From contig CALNWS010000019.1 in assembly GCA_940747215.1 (NCBI GenBank), forward strand, positions 476 through 64,475: a stretch of 64,000 nt of DNA, in the 5' to 3' direction. This stretch comes from an uncultured Paraburkholderia sp. (GTDB lineage Bacteria > Pseudomonadota > Gammaproteobacteria > Burkholderiales > Burkholderiaceae). A program made the translations under genes and the position numbers. Positions 37,056 through 45,426 of this stretch are shown in pieces. The first letter of the stretch is position 1, and the number at the start of each line of letters is the position of its first letter. The notes under the pieces are model-generated. The model was not told the origin of the DNA, searched no databases, and saw only the letters and a list, made by a program, of their open reading frames with translations.

Positions 37056-39796
37056 TTCGCTCTTGCCTCGGCTATGGCCGTCAGGCACCGCTTGTAGGCG
37101 CGTGACACCGCTTCGATCGAATAATCGCGCACGATGCGCGCCTTGCCTGCCTGCGCGATCCGTTCGCGCAATGGCGCGTCCTCGATCATGCGCTTGAGTT
37201 GCTCGGCCGCGATGGATACGTCCGGGTCGCACCAGTACTGGCTTTCGGAGAACAGATAGTCGCCCGCACGCAGCGGCACCAGCTCGCCGTCGACGAGGAA
37301 CGCCGTGTCCGGATCGCAGAAGTCGACGTTGCCGGAGAAGTTCGTGGCGACCACCGGCTGGCCGAGCGCCATCGCTTCCGCGATCACGCGGCCGAAGCCT
37401 TCGCTACGATGCAGCGAAATGTAGGCGTCGCAGCAGGCCATGAAGTCGATCGAATCCTGGCGGCTCAGCCGCTCGGACACGATATGGATGCGGCTGTCAC
37501 CGGTCGCCAGTTCGCGCACCGCGCGCCACACCGGATCGTCGTCGCGCACGTTCATCGCCTTGATGACGAGGCCAACACCCGGCGAATGCTCGCCGAACGC
37601 CTGCTTGAACGCCTGCACGCCCGCAAGCGGATTCTTCCGACTCAGCCAAGAGTTGTTGTCGAACATCAGATAGAATAGGAACTCGTTCGACGGCAGGCCG
37701 AAGCGCTCGCGGCGCGGATCGACCGGCTGCGGCACGTCGACGGTCATCGGCATATGATGGACGGGCGTGTCGCCGAGACGGCTATAGACGCTCTGCACGA
37801 ATTTGCTCTGCGCCCAGATCTCGTCGACTATTTCGTAGATCTTGCCGAACGCACTGGGCCAGTGAGGTAGTTCCCACGGCCACGCGCCGATCTTGTGCGT
37901 GGGCGCGTCGATCATGCGGCGGCCGCCTTCGAGCGCGAGCCGCACCATTTCCGGCGGCGGCAGGCAGAACACGCTGACCTGATACACAAGGTCGTTGCAC
38001 AGCAGATGATTGACCGACGTGTCGATGCGCGGCGGTCCGCTCATCGGCGCGTTGATGAGCGCGATGTCGAAGCCTGCGTGCTGCATGGCGTACGCCGCCA
38101 TGCGCGCGTCTTCGCCGAGACCCAGCACGCCTTGCGGGAAACCGACGATGTTCACGCCGAACGGATGCGCCTCGATCGTCGCCGGTTCGTTGCGGATTTT
38201 GGTGATCGCACGCTCCATCAACGCAGACGGTACGACGCGCAGATGCCGGAACTCCGAATACTCGTTGCGCCCGGTGGTGTGCCACCACTCGATGAACGTC
38301 AGCGCACCGCGTTCGGTGCCGATGTCGAAGGCGCTCACGAGGTCGGGGCGGCTTTCGCGTAGCTGGAGCAGCAGGCGCGGGAGCGGCATCGCGACGTTGG
38401 GCAGGACTTCGGTGTGCAGCAGATCGCTCAGGCTTTCGTGGAGTTTCCACTTCAGGCTCGAGTATTCCTGCTGGCCCGCGCCCATCCACCATTGCATCGC
38501 GTTCAGGCGGCCACGAAACGTGTCGAGGTCGAAGAGCGATTGCAGATCGGCGCGGCTTTGCACCAGCCGCGGCAGAAATTCCGGGACGCGGAACGTGCCG
38601 CGCCTGTCGCCGTCGTCGAGCCTGTTGAGGCGGTCGAGAATGCCGGTGGTCTGCCAGTCGAGCCGGCGGTACTCCTGGCGGCCGGGGCCCATCCACCATT
38701 GCATTGCATTGAGACGGCCGCGGAACGTGTCGAGGTCGAAGAGCGCCTGCAGATCAGGCCGGCTTTGCAGGAGAAGCGGCAGGAAATTCGGCGCCGCGAA
38801 CAGGCCGCGCTCGTCGCCGTCGTCGAGCTGGTTGAGCCACGTGAAGGTCTCGGCGGTCGCCCATTCGAGCCGCGGATATTCCCGCCGGCCGTGCCCGTCC
38901 CACCAGAGCAGGATCGAGAAGCGGCCGGTGGCGCTGTTCAGGTCGATATTGCACTTCAGGTCGGGCCGGCTGTCGACGAGCGGCGTGAGGAAGTGCGGAA
39001 TGCTGATCAGCGCGCCGCCTTCGTCGTGCACGAGTTCGTTCAGGTGCTGGATCGCGGTGGAGGTGCGCCAGATCAGGCGCGGGTATTCGAACTTGCCGTG
39101 TTCGGCCCACCAGACGAGTGCGCCGAACGAGCCCGAGAACGTCGTCATGTCGAGGCTCGCGCGCAGATCGGGGCGGCTCGTCACGAGCAGATTCAGAAAG
39201 GCCGGAATGCCGATCGATTCGTCGTTCTCCGCACTGCCTAGTTCGTTCAGGTTGTCCCATACCGAATTCGGTGACCACGTGATGCGCGGATACTCGAACT
39301 GGCCATGCATTTCCCACCAGCTGAGTGCGCCCAGTTGGCCCGAGAACAGCGAGAGATCGATATGTGCGCGCAGATCGGCGCGTGAACTTACCAGCAGCGA
39401 CAGGAAGCGCGGCAGTTGCGCACGGGTCGGCTCGATCGCGAGATCGCCCTTGACTAGCGCGTCGAGCATCTGCGTTTCGTTCAGGATGTCGGGCGTGGTG
39501 CCGGCGAGCCAGAAACTGATGGCGCGCGGGAACCGTTCGATCAGCGTTTGTGCATCCAGTTGCGCGACATATTCGATGTCGGCGTCGCGCAGCACCCATT
39601 CGAAATCCGGATAGTCGCGCTTGCCGTACGCCTTCCACCAGAAGTAGAGCGTGACGCGGCCTTCGATGCTCTGATGTTCGAAGGCAGCAAGGTCCAGCCT
39701 GAACTTGAGCAGGAAATAGATTGCGTTCGGAAGTGCAAATAATGCAGTGGGAGACGGATGACGAGCTTCCGTCGCCCATTCTTGTGTCAAAGGCAT
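37052..39796 (-). CDS. Large glycosyltransferase: N-terminal 69-aa tandem-repeat domain plus a C-terminal GT4 (GT-B) catalytic domain (914 aa)
   Basis: Uninterrupted ORF. The C-terminal about 370 aa read FGVNIVGFPQGVLGLGEDAR...HRSEGFGRVIAEAMALGQPVVATNFSGNVDF (EX7E). The N-terminal about 540 aa consist of repeats with consensus [ILV]PxFLxxLVxSRxDLxxxxDLxTFxGxxxAxxWWxxxGxxEYPxLxW. Confidence 0.8.
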   Translation of the reverse strand: MPLTQEWATEARHPSPTALFALPNAIYFLLKFRLDLAAFEHQSIEGRVTLYFWWKAYGKRDYPDFEWVLRDADIEYVAQLDAQTLIERFPRAISFWLAGTTPDILNETQMLDALVKGDLAIEPTRAQLPRFLSLLVSSRADLRAHIDLSLFSGQLGALSWWEMHGQFEYPRITWSPNSVWDNLNELGSAENDESIGIPAFLNLLVTSRPDLRASLDMTTFSGSFGALVWWAEHGKFEYPRLIWRTSTAIQHLNELVHDEGGALISIPHFLTPLVDSRPDLKCNIDLNSATGRFSILLWWDGHGRREYPRLEWATAETFTWLNQLDDGDERGLFAAPNFLPLLLQSRPDLQALFDLDTFRGRLNAMQWWMGPGRQEYRRLDWQTTGILDRLNRLDDGDRRGTFRVPEFLPRLVQSRADLQSLFDLDTFRGRLNAMQWWMGAGQQEYSSLKWKLHESLSDLLHTEVLPNVAMPLPRLLLQLRESRPDLVSAFDIGTERGALTFIEWWHTTGRNEYSEFRHLRVVPSALMERAITKIRNEPATIEAHPFGVNIVGFPQGVLGLGEDARMAAYAMQHAGFDIALINAPMSGPPRIDTSVNHLLCNDLVYQVSVFCLPPPEMVRLALEGGRRMIDAPTHKIGAWPWELPHWPSAFGKIYEIVDEIWAQSKFVQSVYSRLGDTPVHHMPMTVDVPQPVDPRRERFGLPSNEFLFYLMFDNNSWLSRKNPLAGVQAFKQAFGEHSPGVGLVIKAMNVRDDDPVWRAVRELATGDSRIHIVSERLSRQDSIDFMACCDAYISLHRSEGFGRVIAEAMALGQPVVATNFSGNVDFCDPDTAFLVDGELVPLRAGDYLFSESQYWCDPDVSIAAEQLKRMIEDAPLRERIAQAGKARIVRDYSIEAVSRAYKRCLTAIAEARAK
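38177..39415 (-). repeat. Six tandem 207-nt (69-aa) coding repeats inside the 914-aa glycosyltransferase gene, plus a degenerate copy up to about 39739
   Basis: Repeat units start at aa 128, 197, 266, 335, 404 and 472 (LPRFL, IPAFL, IPHFL, APNFL, VPEFL, LPRLL). Units 4 and 5 share LFDLDTFRGRLNAMQWWMG(P/A)G(R/Q)QEY almost verbatim. Confidence 0.85.
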
Positions 39797-39800
39797 GGTG

Positions 39801-41957
39801 TTATTGAGCTTTCGACAGACGCGGCTTCATCGTGATGACGAACTCGGTCGAGTCGATAGAAAGATTCGGTGAGTAGAACGGGTCGTTCCACAGAGCATCG
39901 CCCCAGCGCTTCTTCACGAAGTCGATTTCGTTGACGAAGCGAGCCATTTTTTCGGGCGTGTCTTCATAGCCGCGCGACGCGGATTCGTGATGGTACAGCT
40001 CGGCGAACGGCGTCCACACGTTGCGATAGCCCGCTTCGCGCACGCGCAGGCAGAAGTCAACGTCGTTGAACGCGATCACGAGATCTTCGTCGAGCCCGTT
40101 CACTTCACGATAGATACTCGTGCGAATCACGAGGCAGGCGGCCGTCACGGCGCTCACCGCGCTGCGCAATGCCGCGCGGCAGAAATAGCCCGGCGCGTAG
40201 CGCGGCAGGAATTTGTGACCGTGACCGGCAAGGCCGCCCATGCCGAGATAGACGCCCGCGTGCTGAATGGTGTCGTCGGGATAGAGCAGCTTGGCGCCCA
40301 CTGCGCCGACGTTGTCCTGCAACGCGATCGAAACGAGTTCGGTCAGCCATTCCGGCGTAATTACCTCGATGTCGTTGTTGAGCAGGCAAACGAATTCGGC
40401 CTTGCTCGCGAGCGCGATGCGATTATTCAGCGCGGGATAGTTGAACGGCGAATCGTCGCGCACCACACGAATGCGTTCGTCGCCTTCATAGCTCTTGAAG
40501 AGCTCGAAGATTTCCTGCTTCACCGAACCGTTGTCGATGATCGTGATCAGGTAGTTCTGATACGTGCTGCGTTCCCTGATCGAATCGACGCACTGTTTGA
40601 CGAGACCCGCGCCGTCGCGTGTCGGAATGATGATCTCGACGCTCGGCTCCTGCTCCGGTAGATCGTAGACGACGCGCTGGTATATCGCGGCGCCGTCGGC
40701 GGACCACACGTGCGCGGCGATGTGGCTGCGGTCCAGGTGTTCCTGCACCGCGCGCGCCGCGGCGATCACGGCGTACGGCTTTGCGTCCGCGCTCGACGCC
40801 GTGCTTTCCGGCAGGACGCGCCAGTGATACAGCACGCGCGGAATGTGGCGGATCGATTGCGGGCCGGCCGCTTCCATTATGCGCAACGCGAGATCGTAGT
40901 CCTGCGAGCCTTCCATGCCGATGCGGAAACCGCCGATCTGCCGCAGCACGGCGGTGCGGTACACGCCGAAGTGCGAAACCATGTTCTGACCGAGGAACAG
41001 GTCGTAGTTGAAATCGCACTTGAAATACGGCTCGTAGCGCGTGCCTTCGACCGTGATCTTGTCTTCGTCGCTATAGATCACCGCGACGTCCGGGTTTTGC
41101 TGCAGCAGTTCCGCCACATAGTAGAGCGCGAGCGGATACAGTTCGTCGTCGTGATCGAGCAGGCCCGTGAATTTGCCCGTGGCCAGTTCCAGCGCGCTGT
41201 TGCTCGCCGCGCTGATGTGGCCGTTCGCCTCGCGATACACGACCTTGATGCGCGGATCGCGCACCATGTATTCGTCGAGCGTGGCCTTCACCTGCGGCTG
41301 CGTGGACTTGTCGTCGGCGATGCACAGTTCCCAGTTCGGATACACTTGGGCGATGACGGAATCCAGTGCCTTGCGCAGATACTCTTCCGGCGAGTTGTAC
41401 GTCGGCATGACGAGGCTGATGAGCGGCGCGTTGCTCCAGTTTTTCGCGGCTTCGGCGAGGCTCGCGTATTCGTCGGCCGGCACTTCGTTGACCGTGATCC
41501 AGTTCTCGTACGTGACGGCAAGTTCGGCGTCCGGATTCGCAGCAGCCTCGGCCGCGGCGAGTGCCGCTTCGCTGGCTTCGCCGAATGGACGCGAGTTTTC
41601 GTCGACCGTCAGCGAGAAATCGTTCAGCGAGAACGGACCCGGAAACGCGATCGGATCGAAGCGCACGCCGCGCAGCGTCCACGGAAACGAGATGATCTGA
41701 TCGACCTTGCCGTTCGCGTCGGGGCGCAGCCACACGGCGTCTTGTTCCGACATGCCTTCGCCCTTGTCGACGTACAGCATGCACGGCGTTTTCGGCATCT
41801 CGCCGGTGGTTAGCGTGAACGACAGATGGACGGTGCGACCACGCATCTGCTCCCAGTCCGCGATGGCGAACTGCGGGTCGTTCGTCGTCGCGTTCCATTG
41901 GTAGCCGGAATCCGGCTGTGCTTCAACATTGATGATGGGTCGCAGTTCAAGTTTCAT
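39801..41957 (-). CDS. Dual-domain GT2 glycosyltransferase with an extra about 180-aa N-terminal domain (718 aa); candidate chain-extending enzyme
   Basis: Two GT-A modules. The first: ISLVMPTYNSPEEYLRKALDSV...LDHDDEL...YSDED. The second: VEIIIPTRDGAGLVKQCVDSI...LLNNDIEV...QHAG. Uninterrupted. Confidence 0.85.
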   Translation of the reverse strand: MKLELRPIINVEAQPDSGYQWNATTNDPQFAIADWEQMRGRTVHLSFTLTTGEMPKTPCMLYVDKGEGMSEQDAVWLRPDANGKVDQIISFPWTLRGVRFDPIAFPGPFSLNDFSLTVDENSRPFGEASEAALAAAEAAANPDAELAVTYENWITVNEVPADEYASLAEAAKNWSNAPLISLVMPTYNSPEEYLRKALDSVIAQVYPNWELCIADDKSTQPQVKATLDEYMVRDPRIKVVYREANGHISAASNSALELATGKFTGLLDHDDELYPLALYYVAELLQQNPDVAVIYSDEDKITVEGTRYEPYFKCDFNYDLFLGQNMVSHFGVYRTAVLRQIGGFRIGMEGSQDYDLALRIMEAAGPQSIRHIPRVLYHWRVLPESTASSADAKPYAVIAAARAVQEHLDRSHIAAHVWSADGAAIYQRVVYDLPEQEPSVEIIIPTRDGAGLVKQCVDSIRERSTYQNYLITIIDNGSVKQEIFELFKSYEGDERIRVVRDDSPFNYPALNNRIALASKAEFVCLLNNDIEVITPEWLTELVSIALQDNVGAVGAKLLYPDDTIQHAGVYLGMGGLAGHGHKFLPRYAPGYFCRAALRSAVSAVTAACLVIRTSIYREVNGLDEDLVIAFNDVDFCLRVREAGYRNVWTPFAELYHHESASRGYEDTPEKMARFVNEIDFVKKRWGDALWNDPFYSPNLSIDSTEFVITMKPRLSKAQ

Positions 41958-42034
41958 GTTGGATTGTGCGGCTCTAGCTGTATATCTTTAATGGACGGCA
42001 TTGTCGGACGCGAAGCGCGGGACAACTTCAGAAT

Positions 42035-43009
42035 TCATCTCGTCGACAGAAACGTATACAGTTCTTTCAGCGGAGAAAGTACGGCTTCCCAGCACAGGTT
42101 GCGCTCACGCTCAGCGCCGCCGCGCTCGAGTGTGAGCGCCTCGCGGATGGACTGCGCGATGCTGGCGGGATCTTGCGGATTGAGATAGGCCACCTGATCC
42201 GCGAAATATTCGCGCGTGGAGCCGACTTCGGTCGCGGCAATGCGTGCACCGGCGGCGTAGGCTTCGAGCGCGGCGAGACCGGGTGTTTCGAGGATGCTCG
42301 GCAGGCAGAACGCCTCGCAGGCGGCATACGCCGAGCGCAGCAGTTCCGACTCGTGCGGCAGCGGGCCGAGGTACTTGACCTGGCTGCCGCACGCTTCGAG
42401 GCATGCACGCGCGTAGGCCGGATCGCGCTGATGGCCGATCAGCACGAGCGGCAACTCCGGCATGGACTTCATGGCCTCGACGAGCGCAAGCTGGTTCTTG
42501 CGCGGCTCGATGTTGCCGATGTTCAGCAGGAACGGTCCGCGAATATCGAAGTACTCGCGAAACAGTTCCGCCGAGACCGGCTCGTAAAACATTTCTTCGA
42601 CACCGTTATAGACCGTGGTGAACTTCTCGCGCGGCAGCTCGAGCACTTGCGCGAGCGTGTCGCATTCGATGTCCGAGTTCGCGACCACGCGGTCGGCGAG
42701 CGAGAACTGATGGCGGATTTCGTCGATGGGATAAAGGTGCTTCGTGTCCTCCGTGACCCACAGGCTCGACGAGACGACGAGTGGCAGCCCGAGCTGTTTG
42801 ACGAAGTTGCAGAAGTGGACCGAGCCGCCGACGCACGAGAAGAAGTGCACGACATCGTGCTCGAGAAAGCGCGAATTCCACGGGTCGAACAGATCGACCT
42901 CGACGCCGTGCGCGGGAAGATGTTTGCGATACGCAAGCAACTGAATCTCTCCGCCGCCGGGTGTGTGGAAAGCCATGGGGTACGTGGCAAACAGCACTTT
43001 CACTTTCAT
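42035..43009 (-). CDS. Glycosyltransferase family 4 (GT-B)
   Basis: MKVKVLFATYPMAFHTPGGGEIQLL... and ...CEAFCLPSILETPGLAALEAYAAGARIAATEVGSTREYF (EX7E). 324 aa. Confidence 0.8.
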   Translation of the reverse strand: MKVKVLFATYPMAFHTPGGGEIQLLAYRKHLPAHGVEVDLFDPWNSRFLEHDVVHFFSCVGGSVHFCNFVKQLGLPLVVSSSLWVTEDTKHLYPIDEIRHQFSLADRVVANSDIECDTLAQVLELPREKFTTVYNGVEEMFYEPVSAELFREYFDIRGPFLLNIGNIEPRKNQLALVEAMKSMPELPLVLIGHQRDPAYARACLEACGSQVKYLGPLPHESELLRSAYAACEAFCLPSILETPGLAALEAYAAGARIAATEVGSTREYFADQVAYLNPQDPASIAQSIREALTLERGGAERERNLCWEAVLSPLKELYTFLSTR

Positions 43010-43284
43010 GTATGGGAGCTTGGATCCTCGAGCTCTCGAACTTTCCGGCAACGCTTGCCATGGAGATAACGCGCTTACAATATGCGGCCACAACACACGG
43101 CGGCATGCCGCCCTCTACCCTACAGATGCCATATTGTACCGTGCTTCGTCTGCCATCCCGCTCGTCTCCGTGGGCGTATCGCCAGTTCCGTGCCCGTGGA
43201 CGCGCGGCATGAGCGGTGTGCGCTCCGCCCGTCGGGACGCCACAGCGGCAGGCGTCGATTCGTCCGTCCAGAGTGAATGAAGAC

Positions 43285-44244
43285 ATGACCCAGCGAGTGC
43301 TAATCACCGGCGCCGACGGCTTCGTCGGCAAGGCTGTGTCGAAGGCGCTGGTGCAGCGCGGCGACAGCGTCGTGGGCGTGGTACGCCACGCGCAGCGCGC
43401 GGCACCGGGCGTGCGGGAATGGCTCTTCGACGCGAACGATTTCGAGGGCATCTACGGACGCTGGCCGGTCGGCATGCATTGCGATGCGGTGATCCATCTC
43501 GCTGCCCGGGTCCACATGATGCGCGAGACCACGGCCGATCCGCTCGCGGCCTATCGCGCCACCAACGTCACGGGCGCGTTGCGCGTGGCCGCCGCGGCGC
43601 GCCGCGCGGGCGCGCGCCGCTTCGTATTCGTGAGCAGCATCAAGGCGGTGGGCGAGGGCAGCCAAGGCCGCGCCATCAAGGAAACGGACGAGCCGCAGCC
43701 GAGCGATCCTTACGGCATCTCCAAACTCGAAGCCGAACGCGCGCTGATGCAGTACGATCGCGAGTCCGGACTCGAAGTGGTGATCGTGCGGCCGCCGCTG
43801 GTCTACGGCCCGGGCGTGCGGGCGAACTTCCTGCGGCTGATGAACGCCATTGCCCGCGGCGTGCCGCTACCGCTCGGCGCGATCGCGGCGCGTCGCAGCC
43901 TCGTATTCGTCGACAACCTCGCGGACGCGCTCGTGCATTGCACCACCGACCCGCGCGCCGCGTGGCAGACGTTTCACGTGACCGACGGGCGCGACCTGAG
44001 CGTCTCCGAACTGGCGCGCGGACTGGCCACGCAGCTGCACGTGCCGGCGCGGCTCGTGCCGGTGCCGGTCAGCCTGCTAAAGCTCGCGGGACGGCTCACC
44101 GGCCGCTCCGCGCAGATCGACCGGCTGATCGGCGAGTTGCGCCTCGACAGCTCGCACCTGTGCGAGTGTCTTGGGTGGTATCCGCCGCATACGGTCGAGC
44201 ATGGTCTGCTCGAAACCGCTGCGTGGTACCGGTCGGCGCACTGA
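43285..44244 (+). CDS. NAD-dependent nucleotide-sugar epimerase/dehydratase (WbiG-like SDR)
   Basis: MTQRVLITGADGFVGKAV...SSIKAVGE...DPYGISKLEAE (YxxxK)...VIVRPPLVYGPG. 319 aa. Confidence 0.85.
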   Translation: MTQRVLITGADGFVGKAVSKALVQRGDSVVGVVRHAQRAAPGVREWLFDANDFEGIYGRWPVGMHCDAVIHLAARVHMMRETTADPLAAYRATNVTGALRVAAAARRAGARRFVFVSSIKAVGEGSQGRAIKETDEPQPSDPYGISKLEAERALMQYDRESGLEVVIVRPPLVYGPGVRANFLRLMNAIARGVPLPLGAIAARRSLVFVDNLADALVHCTTDPRAAWQTFHVTDGRDLSVSELARGLATQLHVPARLVPVPVSLLKLAGRLTGRSAQIDRLIGELRLDSSHLCECLGWYPPHTVEHGLLETAAWYRSAH

Positions 44245-44383
44245 CTCGCCGCGCGGCGTCCGCGTGCTTCGTACGCTGTTCTTACAGGATGTTCGTTCGC
44301 GCTGTTCATAAGCATTGTTCGTACGGCTAGCTCACGATTAACCTGCGCTTAACCGATATTCAAACCGTCTTAACTTATCGTCG

Positions 44384-45415
44384 ATGTCGATTGTGCCGCT
44401 TGCCCTGCTTTCCGCTCATTCCGCTATCCCGTTGTTCCTGTGGGGTGCCGTCGCGCTGTGTGCCTGCGCGGCGATTCTGTGGGCGCTGCTCGGAACCGGC
44501 CTCGCCTGGCGCCTCGCCACCGACATCCCCAATGACCGCTCGTTGCACACACGGCCCACGCCGCGCGTCGGCGGCTGGGGCATCGTGCCGGTGGCGGTGC
44601 TGCTGATCGGGCTCGCGGAGCCCGCGCTGTGGCTTCCCGCGCTCGCGGCGGCGCTGCTCGCGGCGCTTTCGCAGATCGACGACCGACGCGGCCTGCCGGC
44701 GCGCGTGCGCTTCGGCGGCCATGCGGCGGCGGTGGCGCTGCTGGTGGCGGTGTATCCCGCGGACGTGCCGTGGTGGGCGCTCGCATGCATGGCGGTTTTA
44801 CTCGTCTGGCTGGTCAATTTATACAATTTCATGGACGGCTCGGACGGACTCGCCGGCGGCATGGCGCTCTTCGGCTTCGCAGGGTATGCGATCGCCGCGT
44901 CGATTTCGAGCCGGCCCGACCCTGCGCTCGCCCTTGCCTGCGCGATCGTGGCGGGCGCGGCGGCGGGCTTCCTCCTGTTCAATTTTCATCCGGCGCGTAT
45001 TTTTCTCGGCGACGCCGGTTCTATCCCGCTCGGCTTTCTCGCCGGCGCGCTGGGTTACTGGGGCTGGCGCGAGAGCATCTGGCCAGTCTGGTTTCCCGCA
45101 GTGTGCTTTTCGGCGTTCATCGGCGATGCTTCGGTGACGCTGCTCAAACGTCTGCTTCGCGGAGAAAAGTTCTGGCAGGCGCATCGCGAACACTACTATC
45201 AAAGACTGGTGCAGTCGGGCTTCGGACACGCCCCGACCACTTGGGTTTGGTATTTGGTCATGGTCGCGGGCATAATGCTTGCTTTGTGGGCAATGGAAGT
45301 TGCCGTGCTGTATCAATGGCTGGTTGTGGTCGCGTGGGCTGTCGTACTCGTCGTCGCCGGGCTGTGCATTGATCGCCGCTGGCGGCACCATCTGTCCCGT
45401 TCCAGGCAATCCTGA
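44384..45415 (+). CDS. Polyprenyl-phosphate N-acetylhexosamine-1-phosphate transferase (GT4-family MraY/WecA/WbpL; WbiH-like)
   Basis: 343 aa, polytopic. DIPNDRSLHTRPTPRVGG, NLYNFMDGSDGLAGG, FLGDAGSIPLGF. Confidence 0.85.
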   Translation: MSIVPLALLSAHSAIPLFLWGAVALCACAAILWALLGTGLAWRLATDIPNDRSLHTRPTPRVGGWGIVPVAVLLIGLAEPALWLPALAAALLAALSQIDDRRGLPARVRFGGHAAAVALLVAVYPADVPWWALACMAVLLVWLVNLYNFMDGSDGLAGGMALFGFAGYAIAASISSRPDPALALACAIVAGAAAGFLLFNFHPARIFLGDAGSIPLGFLAGALGYWGWRESIWPVWFPAVCFSAFIGDASVTLLKRLLRGEKFWQAHREHYYQRLVQSGFGHAPTTWVWYLVMVAGIMLALWAMEVAVLYQWLVVVAWAVVLVVAGLCIDRRWRHHLSRSRQS

Positions 45416-45426
45416 GGTTTAGCGCA

